A stretch of DNA of 64,000 bases from an uncultured Eubacteriales bacterium. GTDB taxonomy: Bacteria > Bacillota > Clostridia > Oscillospirales > UBA644. The stretch spans positions 84,854 through 148,853 of the forward strand of contig CAKSFN010000004.1 of the NCBI GenBank assembly GCA_934454405.1, written 5' to 3'. Below, one piece after another: positions 43,196-52,832 of this stretch. Within the stretch, counting starts at the first letter, position 1. Each line of letters begins with the position of its first letter. The notes beneath the pieces were generated by a model, which saw only the letters and a program-made list of their open reading frames with translations, was not told the DNA's origin and made no database searches. A program made the position numbers and the translations under genes.

Positions 43196-44413
43196 ATGAA
43201 TATGGAGATAATAAACGGCGGCGTTTGTGCCGCGAAAGGATTCAAAGCAAACGGAATACATTGCGGAATACGCAAAAACAAAACAAAAAGGGACATTGCG
43301 CTTATCGTTTCGGACAAAGTCGCAAACGCGGCGGCGGTCTATACGACAAATCTTGTCAAGGGAGCTCCCCTGCTTGTGACAAAACAACACCTTACCAACG
43401 GAAAGGCAAAGGCGATAATCTGCAACAGCGGAAACGCGAACACCTGCAACGCGGACGGCGTTGAAAAAGCCGAAGAAATGAGTGAGATCGCGGCAACGGC
43501 GCTCGGAATAAAAGCAAGCGACGTTGTGGTTGCGTCAACGGGAGTTATAGGCTTGCCGCTTGACGTAACGCCTATCTCGAACGGGATAGACGAACTTGTT
43601 TCGGGGCTCGGAGATAACAGCGAACTTGCCGCAGAGGGCATAATGACGACCGATACAAAGAAAAAAGAGATTGCCGTGGAGTTTGAGTTGGACGGCAGGG
43701 TATGTCATATCGGCGGCATTGCAAAAGGCTCGGGAATGATACACCCCAACATGGCGACGATGCTTGTTTTTATAACAACCGACTGCGCGATAAGTTCGGA
43801 AATGCTTTCTGAAGCGCTTTCGACGGATATACAAAGCACATTCAACATGGTCAGCGTGGACGGCGACACTTCGACCAACGATATGGTCGTTGTGCTTGCC
43901 AACGGCGAAGCCGAAAACAAGGAGATAACCGAGCCGAACGGCGACTATGAAGTATTTATGCAGGCGCTCAACACAGTCACGGTTCACCTTTGCAAATCCA
44001 TTGCGGGCGACGGCGAGGGCGCGACAAAGATGATTGAGTGTGCCGTCATCGGAGCGAAAAACGAGGTCTGCGCAAAAACGGTTGCAAAGTCCGTTATATG
44101 TTCTTCTCTTGTCAAAGCGGCGATGTTCGGCGCGGACGCGAACTGGGGACGCGTTCTCTGCGCGCTCGGTTACAGCGGCGCTGATGTCGATGTTTCAAAG
44201 GTCGGTGTTACATTCATATCTTCCGCGGGACGGATAACGGTGTGCAAAGACGGCGCGGGAGTGGATTTTTCGGAAGAACTTGCGAAAAAGATACTGCTCG
44301 AACACGATATAACGATAGAGATCGACCTTGACGACGGCACGGGAAGCGCCGTTGCGTGGGGTTGCGACCTGACATACGATTACGTTAAGATAAACGGCGA
44401 TTATCGCACATGA
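43196..44413 (+). CDS. argJ: Bifunctional glutamate N-acetyltransferase / amino-acid acetyltransferase
   Basis: GGVCAAKGFKANGIHCGIRK and the autoprocessing site PNMATMLVFITTD. Confidence 0.9.
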   Translation: MNMEIINGGVCAAKGFKANGIHCGIRKNKTKRDIALIVSDKVANAAAVYTTNLVKGAPLLVTKQHLTNGKAKAIICNSGNANTCNADGVEKAEEMSEIAATALGIKASDVVVASTGVIGLPLDVTPISNGIDELVSGLGDNSELAAEGIMTTDTKKKEIAVEFELDGRVCHIGGIAKGSGMIHPNMATMLVFITTDCAISSEMLSEALSTDIQSTFNMVSVDGDTSTNDMVVVLANGEAENKEITEPNGDYEVFMQALNTVTVHLCKSIAGDGEGATKMIECAVIGAKNEVCAKTVAKSVICSSLVKAAMFGADANWGRVLCALGYSGADVDVSKVGVTFISSAGRITVCKDGAGVDFSEELAKKILLEHDITIEIDLDDGTGSAVAWGCDLTYDYVKINGDYRT

Positions 44414-44427
44414 GAGGAGCGGACACG

Positions 44428-45294
44428 ATGACTGTTTCAAATGCCGACAGAGCAAGAATACTTGTTCATGCGCTCCCCTACATAAAAAAATATACGGGCA
44501 AAATTCTCGTTGTGAAATACGGCGGGAACGCAATGACAAGCGAAAAACTGAAAGATTCCGTTGCAAGAGACATCGTGCTTTTGAACCTGATAGGCGTGAA
44601 AGTTGTTCTTGTTCACGGCGGCGGTCCCGAAATAACGGAAATGCTTTCAAAAATAGGAAAAGAGACGCAGTTTGTAGGCGGACTTCGCGTTACCGACGAA
44701 GAGACGATAGAAGTTGCGCAAATGGTGCTTGCGGGCAAGATAAACAAAAGTCTTGTCAATCTGCTTGAATGCCGCGGCGGTTCGGCGATAGGGCTTTCGG
44801 GACTTGACGGACACATGATAAAAGCGCAGATAAAAGACGAACGTCTCGGATATGTGGGAAAGATTACGGAAATCGACCCGCAGCCCATACTCGACGTTCT
44901 CGAAAAAGGATATATTCCCGTTATTTCCACGCTCGGCTGCGACGATGACGGAAAAGTGTATAACATAAACGCAGACACTGCGGCGGCAAAGATAGCAGGT
45001 GCGCTGAAAGCGGAAAGTCTTATCATTCTGACCGATATTGCGGGAATACTCAAAGACAAAAACGACCCGTCATCGCTTATTTCGCACATGACGGTTTCCG
45101 AATCAAAAAAACTTGTTGACGACGGCGTTATCGCAGGCGGAATGATTCCGAAAGTCGAATGCTGCGTGCAGGCCATTGCGGACGGCGTTCAACGCGTTTT
45201 CATCATTGACGGACAGGTTCCGCACTCTATTCTTGTTGAAACATTGACGGACGAGGGCATCGGAACGATGTTTGAGGGGGACAAAAATGACTGA
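44428..45294 (+). CDS. argB: Acetylglutamate kinase
   Basis: ATG at 44428 lies 7 nt after GAGGAG. LPYIKKYTGKILVVKYGGNAM and VLVHGGGP motifs. Confidence 0.9.
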   Translation: MTVSNADRARILVHALPYIKKYTGKILVVKYGGNAMTSEKLKDSVARDIVLLNLIGVKVVLVHGGGPEITEMLSKIGKETQFVGGLRVTDEETIEVAQMVLAGKINKSLVNLLECRGGSAIGLSGLDGHMIKAQIKDERLGYVGKITEIDPQPILDVLEKGYIPVISTLGCDDDGKVYNINADTAAAKIAGALKAESLIILTDIAGILKDKNDPSSLISHMTVSESKKLVDDGVIAGGMIPKVECCVQAIADGVQRVFIIDGQVPHSILVETLTDEGIGTMFEGDKND

Positions 45295-46456
45295 TACATT
45301 TTCGACTGACAGGGAATACGTTGCAAACACATACGCGCGTTTTCCCATTGATATAGTTTCAGGAAAGGGGTCGCTTGTTTACGACTGCGACGGCAAGGAA
45401 TACATAGACCTCGGGAGCGGAATTGCGGTAAACACATTCGGCGTTGCGGACGAAGAGTGGATAAAAGCGGTCACCGCGCAGCTCGGAAAATTCCAGCACA
45501 CCTCAAACCTTTATTACACCGAACCCTGCGCAAAACTTGCGGAGGAACTCTGCAAAAGAACCGGAATGAAGAAAGTATTCTTTTCCAATTCGGGCGCGGA
45601 GGCAAACGAATGCGCGATAAAGGCGGCAAGAAAATATGCCGCGGATAAAAAAGGAAAAGACTGCTTCAAAATAATCACGCTCAACAACAGTTTCCACGGC
45701 AGGACGCTGACAACGCTTGCCGCAACGGGACAGGACGCATTCCATCACGATTTTCTGCCGCTGACAGAGGGATTCGTTTCCGTCGAACCGACGGAAGAAG
45801 CGTTGAAAGCGGAAGTCGGAGACGACACGGCGGCGATAATGTTTGAAATTGTCCGCGGAGAGGGCGGCGTTATTCCGCTTGAAGAAAAATTCGTTCGGGC
45901 GATGGTGAATATCGCAAAAGAAAAAGATATACTGCTTATTGCGGACGAGGTACAATGCGGCAACGGCAGAAGCGGAAAACTTTACGCATATATGAATTAC
46001 GGTTTCACTCCCGACATTGTATCCACTGCCAAGGGGCTTTGCGGCGGGCTGCCGCTCGGAGCGACAATGCTCGGCGAAAAAGCGGAGAACGTTTTCACTC
46101 CAGGTTCGCACGGTTCGACGTTCGGAGGAAATCCCGTTTGCTGTGCGGGAGCGCTGAACGTGCTTTCAAGGCTTGACGATACCCTGCTTGAAGACGTTCG
46201 CAAAAAGTCCGAATATATATTCGGCGCATTGAACGGCGCCGCGGGCGTCGAAAGCGTTGCGGGGCTCGGGCTTATGATAGGCGTAAAAACGAAGCGTCCC
46301 GCAAAAGATGTCGTTACCGAATGTATGAAAAAAGGCGTTCTCGTTTTGACGGCAAAAGACAAGGTACGCCTGTTGCCCGCATTGAACATTCCGTTTGAAT
46401 TGCTGGAAAAATCCATTGATATACTGAAAAAAGTTTGCGCGGAGGAAAAAGAATGA
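45287..46456 (+). CDS. argD: Acetylornithine aminotransferase
   Basis: Class III aminotransferase motifs: [24 protein letters not shown] and the PLP Lys in STAKGL. Confidence 0.9.
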   Translation: MTDTFSTDREYVANTYARFPIDIVSGKGSLVYDCDGKEYIDLGSGIAVNTFGVADEEWIKAVTAQLGKFQHTSNLYYTEPCAKLAEELCKRTGMKKVFFSNSGAEANECAIKAARKYAADKKGKDCFKIITLNNSFHGRTLTTLAATGQDAFHHDFLPLTEGFVSVEPTEEALKAEVGDDTAAIMFEIVRGEGGVIPLEEKFVRAMVNIAKEKDILLIADEVQCGNGRSGKLYAYMNYGFTPDIVSTAKGLCGGLPLGATMLGEKAENVFTPGSHGSTFGGNPVCCAGALNVLSRLDDTLLEDVRKKSEYIFGALNGAAGVESVAGLGLMIGVKTKRPAKDVVTECMKKGVLVLTAKDKVRLLPALNIPFELLEKSIDILKKVCAEEKE

Positions 46457-47448
46457 ATTTGAAAGGAAGAGACTTTTTGAAACTGCTCGACTTTTCGGGT
46501 GAGGAGATAACATATCTGATTGACCTTGCCGAAAAGTTGAAAACGCTGAAAAAGGACGGCGTACCGCACAGGTATTGCAACGGCAAAAACATTGCGCTTA
46601 TCTTCGAAAAGACAAGCACACGGACGCGGTGCAGTTTTGAAGTTGCGGCGCACGACCTCGGCATGGGAGTGACGTATCTTGACCCGCAAGGCTCGCAGAT
46701 AGGCAAAAAAGAAAGCATTGCGGACACGGCGCGTGTGCTTTCGTCGATGTTCGAGGGCATAGAGTACAGAGGATTTGCGCAGAAAACCGTTGAAGAACTC
46801 GCCGAATATTCCGACGTCCCCGTTTGGAACGGGCTGACGGACGAAGCGCACCCGACGCAGATACTTGCCGATATGCTGACCATACGGGAACAGTTCGGCA
46901 AACTGAAAGGCATAAATTTTGTTTACATGGGCGACGCACGGTTCAACATGGGCAACTCGCTTATGGTCGGTTGCGCAAAACTCGGGCTGAACTTCACGGC
47001 GTGCTGTCCCGAAAAATATTTTCCGTCAAAAGACCTCGTTGCAAAATGCGAAGAGTTTGCAAAAGAAAGCGGCTCCGTACTCAGGTTTGAGACCGACGCG
47101 ACAAAAGCGGTCAAGGACGCGGACGTTATATATACGGATATCTGGGTCTCCATGGGAGAACCCGAAAGCGTTTGGGCGGAGCGCATAGAAGAACTTTCGC
47201 CGTATCAGGTAAATGCGGAACTTATGCGCAAAACAGGAAAAGACACAACAATATTTATGCATTGTCTGCCCTCTTATCACGACCTCAAAACAAAGATAGG
47301 CAAAGAGATGGGCGAAAAGTTCGGCAGACCGGAAATGGAAGTTACGGACGAAGTATTTGAGAGTAAAAATTCCGTGGTTTTCCGAGAAGCGGAAAACAGG
47401 ATGCACACAATAAAAGCCGTTATGGCGGCAACACTTACGGAAGTATGA
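46453..47448 (+). CDS. argF: Ornithine carbamoyltransferase
   Basis: [13 protein letters not shown] and HCLP motifs. Confidence 0.9.
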   Translation: MNLKGRDFLKLLDFSGEEITYLIDLAEKLKTLKKDGVPHRYCNGKNIALIFEKTSTRTRCSFEVAAHDLGMGVTYLDPQGSQIGKKESIADTARVLSSMFEGIEYRGFAQKTVEELAEYSDVPVWNGLTDEAHPTQILADMLTIREQFGKLKGINFVYMGDARFNMGNSLMVGCAKLGLNFTACCPEKYFPSKDLVAKCEEFAKESGSVLRFETDATKAVKDADVIYTDIWVSMGEPESVWAERIEELSPYQVNAELMRKTGKDTTIFMHCLPSYHDLKTKIGKEMGEKFGRPEMEVTDEVFESKNSVVFREAENRMHTIKAVMAATLTEV

Positions 47449-47450
47449 AT

Positions 47451-48536
47451 ATGAAAAAAAGATACCTTATTTTACAAGACGGAAGCGTTTTTGAGGGCGA
47501 AGCGTTCGGCGCGGACGTGACGCAGGTCGGAGAAATAGTTTTCACGACCGGTATGTGCGGTTACATCGAAACATTGACCGACCCGAGTTATTACGGGCAG
47601 ATTGTTACACAGACATTTCCGCTGATAGGAAATTACGGCATAATCAGTCCCGATTTCGAGGGCAAATGCTTTGTCAAGGGATACGTCGTTCACGAAAAAT
47701 GCGATGAACCTTCGAATTTCCGAGCGGAATATACGCTCGATACATTTTTGAAAAACAACGGTATTCCGGGCATAAGCGGCGTTGACACAAGACGGCTGAC
47801 GCGCATTATCCGCGAATACGGAGTTATGAACGCGGCGATAAGCGACGACATTCCGAAAGGTGCCGCCGCTTCTACTGCTGTTTTTGAGAGTTTGAAAAGA
47901 TACTCTGTAAAGGACGCCGTAAAGAGCGTCAGCACATCAAAAAAAACGATTTTTACGCCCGACGGAGACAGAAAATTCAGAGTTGTGCTTATGGATTTCG
48001 GAGCAAAGGCAAACATCGAACGCTGTCTTGGCAAGCGCGGTTGTGAAGTGGTTTCCGTACCCTACGACACGACCGCAGAAGAAATCTTGGCTGAAAAGCC
48101 CGACGGCGTTATGCTTTCCAACGGTCCCGGCGACCCTGCGGAGAACACACAGATAATCAAAGAGATAGGCAAACTGCTCGGAAACGTTCCCATATTCGGA
48201 ATATGTCTCGGTCACCAGCTTATGGCTCTTTCGCAGGGAGCACGGACGTTCAAACTCAAATACGGACACAGAGGCGCTAACCAGCCCGTCAGGGACGCTT
48301 TGGGAACAAGAACGTTTATCACAAGCCAGAATCACGGATATGCGGTTGATGAAAAAAGCGTTAAAAACGGCGTTGTGCGTTGGGTAAACGCGAACGACGG
48401 AACATGTGAGGGCATTGATTATCCCGAATACAACGCTTTTTCCGTTCAATTCCACCCGGAAGCGTGTTCGGGACCGAAAGACACCGAATTTCTCTTTGAC
48501 AGATTTTGCGAAATAATGCGGAAAGGCAGGAACTGA
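47451..48536 (+). CDS. carA: Carbamoyl-phosphate synthase small (glutaminase) subunit
   Basis: ATG at 47451 lies 7 nt after GGAAG. GICLGHQL catalytic Cys and QFHPE. Confidence 0.9.
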   Translation: MKKRYLILQDGSVFEGEAFGADVTQVGEIVFTTGMCGYIETLTDPSYYGQIVTQTFPLIGNYGIISPDFEGKCFVKGYVVHEKCDEPSNFRAEYTLDTFLKNNGIPGISGVDTRRLTRIIREYGVMNAAISDDIPKGAAASTAVFESLKRYSVKDAVKSVSTSKKTIFTPDGDRKFRVVLMDFGAKANIERCLGKRGCEVVSVPYDTTAEEILAEKPDGVMLSNGPGDPAENTQIIKEIGKLLGNVPIFGICLGHQLMALSQGARTFKLKYGHRGANQPVRDALGTRTFITSQNHGYAVDEKSVKNGVVRWVNANDGTCEGIDYPEYNAFSVQFHPEACSGPKDTEFLFDRFCEIMRKGRN

Positions 48537-48537
48537 A

Positions 48538-51500
48538 ATGCCGTTTGACACAAACATAAAAAAAGTTCTCGTTATCGGCTCGGGGCCGATAGTTATCGGA
48601 CAGGCGGCGGAGTTTGACTATGCGGGAGCGCAGGCGTGCCGCGTGCTGAAGGACGCGGGGGTAAACGTTGTGCTCGTCAACTCAAACCCCGCAACGATAA
48701 TGACGGACAAGGCTCTTGCCGATGAAATATATCTTGAACCGCTGACAAAAAGAACCATTGAGCGCGTTATCGAGAAAGAAAAGCCCGACAGCCTGCTTGC
48801 ATCTCTCGGAGGGCAGACGGGGCTGACGCTTGCGACGGAACTTGAAAAGGACGGTTTTCTGAAAGCACATAATGTGCGCCTTATCGGCACGAATGCGGAA
48901 GCGATAGACAAAGCCGAAGACCGAAAACTGTTCAAAGAAACAATGGCGCAGATAGGCGAACCGACGGTTCCCTCCGATATTGCCACAACGGTTGAAGACG
49001 CGCTTGCGATAGCGGAAAAGATAGGTTATCCCGTGATCATCCGCCCCGCATTCACGCTCGGCGGAACGGGCGGCGGCGTGGCTTATGACGCGGAACAGAT
49101 GAAAAAAGCCGCAAAAACGGGGCTTGACGCTTCCCCCATAACGCAGATACTCGTGGAAAAATACATATTCGGCTGGAAAGAGATAGAGTTTGAAACAATG
49201 AGAGACGCGGCGGGAAATGCCATAGCGGTCTGCTCAATGGAAAACTTCGACCCGGTCGGAATACACACGGGCGACAGCATCGTTGTCGCACCCGCGCTGA
49301 CGCTGTCGGACAAAGAATATCAGATGCTCCGTTCGGCGTCGCTGAACATCATTTCCGCGCTCGGAATAGTCGGCGGCTGCAACTGCCAGTTCGCGTTAGA
49401 CCCGAACAGTTTTGATTATTCGGTAATCGAGGTCAATCCGAGAGTTTCGCGCTCGTCGGCGCTTGCATCGAAAGCGACGGGCTACCCCATCGCGAAGATA
49501 ACGACAAAAATCGCGCTCGGCTACACTCTCGACGAAATCAAAAACGATATAACGGGCAAGACCTGTGCGTGCTTTGAACCCGCGCTTGACTACGTTGTGG
49601 TAAAGTTCCCGAAATGGCCGTTCGACAAATTTGTGGGTGCGTCCCGAAAACTCGGCACGCAGATGAAAGCGACAGGCGAAGTTATGGCTATCGCGCCGTC
49701 TTTTGAAAATGCGCTGATGAAAGCGGTGCGCGGTGCGGAGATCTCGCTTGACACACTCAATGCGCGCCCGATATCGGGCAATGACCTCGAAACAAGGCTT
49801 GCAACACCCGACGACCGCAGACTGTTTACAATATTCGAGGCGATAAAAGCGGGCGTTACACTTGAACATATCCACGACGTTACCCGTGTAGATACGTTTT
49901 TTCTGAACAAACTCAAACACCTTGCGGACTATGAAAAGAGCATAGAAAACGGACTTGATTCCGAAAAATACCTGCAAGGAAAGAAATTCGGCTATCCCGA
50001 CAAGGCGCTTAAAAGACTTTCGGGCTGTGACATTCTTCCCTGCCCGCGCTTCACGCTTTCATATAAAATGGTGGACACCTGCGCCGCGGAATTTGATGCG
50101 GAAACGCCGTATTTCTATTCGGTCGCAGACGGCGCGTGCGAAGCTGTCAAATTCGGCAGAAGCGGAAAGCCCGTTGTCATAGTTCTCGGCTCTGGACCGA
50201 TACGCATAGGTCAGGGCATCGAGTTTGACTATTCATCCGTCCATTGCGTTTGGTCGTTGAAGCAAATGGGCTATGACGTTGTTATCATAAACAACAACCC
50301 CGAAACGGTCTCGACGGACTATGACACGGCGGACAGGCTTTATTTTGAGCCGCTCTGCGAAGAAGACGTGATGAACATAATCCGCATTGAAAAGCCTGTC
50401 GGCGTTGTTGTGGCGTTCGGCGGTCAGACCGCCATAAAACTGACTGGCGCGCTGGATAAAGCGGGAATACCCATTCTCGGCACTTCCGCAGAGGGCATAG
50501 ACGTTGCGGAAGACAGAGAACGCTTTGACGCGCTGCTTGAAAAATTCAACATACACAGACCCGTTGGCTGCGGTGTTTCGACGGAAGAAGAAGCCGTTGC
50601 CGCGGCTGAGAGAATAGGCTATCCGGTACTGCTCCGTCCCTCATATGTTATCGGCGGGCAGAATATGAGAATAGTCCACGATGAAAAGGAAGTCCGCCTT
50701 TATATGCGCAGAATACTCGCGCAAAAGATAGACAACCCGGTTCTCGTCGATAAATATATGATGGGAGTGGAACTTGAAGTCGATGTTATCTCGGACGGAG
50801 AGGACGTGCTCATTCCCGGAATAATGGAACATATCGAACGTGCCGGAGTTCACAGCGGCGACTCCATTGCGGTGTATCCTCCTTACAGCATAAACGACAA
50901 GATGACGCAGACCATTGTCGATTGCTCCGAAAAACTTGCGTTGGCGCTCGGAACAAAGGGGCTTGTCAATATTCAGTATCTTATCTGGCGCGGCGAACTT
51001 TATGTAATCGAAGTAAACCCGAGAGCGTCGAGAACCGTTCCCTACATAAGCAAGGTCACGGGCGTTCCCATGGTCGATGTGGCTTCAGGCGTAATGCTCG
51101 GCGGCAAACTCCGCGACGCGGGTTACGGCACGGGGCTTTACAGAACCCCGCCGTATTATGCGGTCAAATTCCCTGTTTTCTCTTTTGAAAAACTTATAGA
51201 TGCGAATGCGTCACTCGGACCGGAGATGAAGTCCACGGGCGAAGTTCTCGGCATAGGCAGAACATTGAGCGAAGCGCTTTTCAAAGGTATGACCGCTTCG
51301 GGAAAAAACTTCAAATATCCGCACAAGGACGGAAGCGTCGGAGTGCTTTTAAGCGTTGACACGCACGACTTGCTCGAAGTTGTTTCTCTTGCGAAAAAAC
51401 TCGACGACCTCAAATTCTCGATTTATGCGACACCCGAAACGGCAGAGGCTGTACGTTCTCTCGGCATTGACGTAACGGAAGTCACATTCAAAGACTTTGT

Positions 51501-52563
51501 TCCGCTTCTTGATGACGGCAAAATAAGTTACGTTCTTTACACGGGCGCTTTGCTTGACGGCACACTGGATGAATATATCGCGTTGAACAGACGCTGTTTG
51601 CAGCTTTCCGTACCCTGCTTCACTTCTCTTGACACGGCGCACGCGGCGGCGGACATCATCGCGGGAGGGTTCAACGAAAGCAACACGGAACTTGTTGACA
51701 TCAACAAACTGCGTGAAGAAAAACAAAAGATAGATTTCTTCAAGATGCAGGCGACAGGCGACGACTATATCATCATCGACGGCAGAGACGGCAACATCGA
51801 CTGCCCCGAGTCTATCAGCATAGGTATATGCGACCGCCATTTCGGCATTGGTGCGGACGGACTTGCGCTGATAGAGAAATCGGAAGTCGCGGATGCAAAA
51901 ATGCGAGTATTCAACCGTGACGGCTCGGAGGGGTCGATGGGAGGCAACTGCATACGCTCCGTCGGCAAATACCTCTACGACCACGGCATAGTGCCGAAAA
52001 CAGATATTGCGATAGAAACTTCAAGCGGTATAAAGAACCTTACACTCTACACTCGAAACGGCAAAGTGACGCTGGCTGATGTAAACATCGGGAAAGCGGA
52101 TCTGACGGCGGCTTCCGTGCCCGTGATAACGGACAAAGACAAACTTATAAATTCGCCGATAACCGTTGCGGGCAACGAATACAACGTAACGTGCGTTTCC
52201 GTCGGGAACCCGCATTGCGTAGTGTTCTGCGATTCCGTTGACGCGGTAGATCTTGCAACGGTAGGTCCGCAGTTTGAAAACGCACCGATATTCCCCGAAC
52301 GTGTCAATACGGAATTTGTGAGAGTGGTCAACCCGACAATGCTCAAAATCCGTGTTTGGGAACGCGGAAGCGGCGAGACCCTCGCCTGCGGCACGGGCGC
52401 GTGCGCGGCTGTTGTCGCGGCGGTTGAAAACGGATACTGCAAGAAAGGCGAAGACATAACCGTCAAGGTTCGCGGCGGTGACCTCACCGTAAACTACGGT
52501 GAAGACGGCATTATCCTGACCGGCGACACAAAACTCGTTTTCGAAGGCTCCGTTTACTATTAA
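48538..52563 (+). CDS. carB: Carbamoyl-phosphate synthase large subunit fused in frame to a C-terminal diaminopimelate-epimerase-like (DapF) domain (1341 aa)
   Basis: Full CarB (two ATP-grasp halves and an MGS-like tail) runs to ~51729. From 51730 a 277-aa DapF-like domain follows (FFKMQATGDDY, NRDGSEGSMGGNCIRS, SVGNPHCV, NTEF, WERGSGETLACGTGACA), with no stop in between. Confidence 0.85.
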   Translation: MPFDTNIKKVLVIGSGPIVIGQAAEFDYAGAQACRVLKDAGVNVVLVNSNPATIMTDKALADEIYLEPLTKRTIERVIEKEKPDSLLASLGGQTGLTLATELEKDGFLKAHNVRLIGTNAEAIDKAEDRKLFKETMAQIGEPTVPSDIATTVEDALAIAEKIGYPVIIRPAFTLGGTGGGVAYDAEQMKKAAKTGLDASPITQILVEKYIFGWKEIEFETMRDAAGNAIAVCSMENFDPVGIHTGDSIVVAPALTLSDKEYQMLRSASLNIISALGIVGGCNCQFALDPNSFDYSVIEVNPRVSRSSALASKATGYPIAKITTKIALGYTLDEIKNDITGKTCACFEPALDYVVVKFPKWPFDKFVGASRKLGTQMKATGEVMAIAPSFENALMKAVRGAEISLDTLNARPISGNDLETRLATPDDRRLFTIFEAIKAGVTLEHIHDVTRVDTFFLNKLKHLADYEKSIENGLDSEKYLQGKKFGYPDKALKRLSGCDILPCPRFTLSYKMVDTCAAEFDAETPYFYSVADGACEAVKFGRSGKPVVIVLGSGPIRIGQGIEFDYSSVHCVWSLKQMGYDVVIINNNPETVSTDYDTADRLYFEPLCEEDVMNIIRIEKPVGVVVAFGGQTAIKLTGALDKAGIPILGTSAEGIDVAEDRERFDALLEKFNIHRPVGCGVSTEEEAVAAAERIGYPVLLRPSYVIGGQNMRIVHDEKEVRLYMRRILAQKIDNPVLVDKYMMGVELEVDVISDGEDVLIPGIMEHIERAGVHSGDSIAVYPPYSINDKMTQTIVDCSEKLALALGTKGLVNIQYLIWRGELYVIEVNPRASRTVPYISKVTGVPMVDVASGVMLGGKLRDAGYGTGLYRTPPYYAVKFPVFSFEKLIDANASLGPEMKSTGEVLGIGRTLSEALFKGMTASGKNFKYPHKDGSVGVLLSVDTHDLLEVVSLAKKLDDLKFSIYATPETAEAVRSLGIDVTEVTFKDFVPLLDDGKISYVLYTGALLDGTLDEYIALNRRCLQLSVPCFTSLDTAHAAADIIAGGFNESNTELVDINKLREEKQKIDFFKMQATGDDYIIIDGRDGNIDCPESISIGICDRHFGIGADGLALIEKSEVADAKMRVFNRDGSEGSMGGNCIRSVGKYLYDHGIVPKTDIAIETSSGIKNLTLYTRNGKVTLADVNIGKADLTAASVPVITDKDKLINSPITVAGNEYNVTCVSVGNPHCVVFCDSVDAVDLATVGPQFENAPIFPERVNTEFVRVVNPTMLKIRVWERGSGETLACGTGACAAVVAAVENGYCKKGEDITVKVRGGDLTVNYGEDGIILTGDTKLVFEGSVYY

Positions 52564-52571
52564 AAACCTTA

Positions 52572-52609
52572 AAAGCCTTGCGGATACGCCGTATTCACAA
52601 GGCTTTTTC
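52572..52609 (+). terminator. Rho-independent terminator of the arg/car operon
   Basis: AAAGCCTTG-N17-CAAGGCTTT followed by TTCGG (weak U-tract). Confidence 0.6.
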
Positions 52610-52713
52610 GGAAACGGAAAACAAAAAAAAGAACCGTCAAAGCCGGGAACGGTTCGCACGGAAAACCTTGAAAAAATTTATATATGTTTTTTCGGCATAA
52701 CGCGCGAAAAACC

Positions 52714-52742
52714 TTGTAATTTGGAAATTTTTATGTTATAAT
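52714..52742 (+). promoter_or_regulatory. Promoter TTGTAA-N17-TATAAT
   Basis: Hexamers at 52714-52719 and 52737-52742. A hairpin CCGCAAC-N12-GTTGCGG (52754-52779) lies in the 5' UTR. Confidence 0.5.
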
Positions 52743-52832
52743 TATAAAGAAAACCGCAACTCGCGTCTGTTCGTTGCGGAAAAAACTGTTTTTGAAAAAG
52801 AACTGCGAAAGCAGGATAACGGAGGAAAAGAT

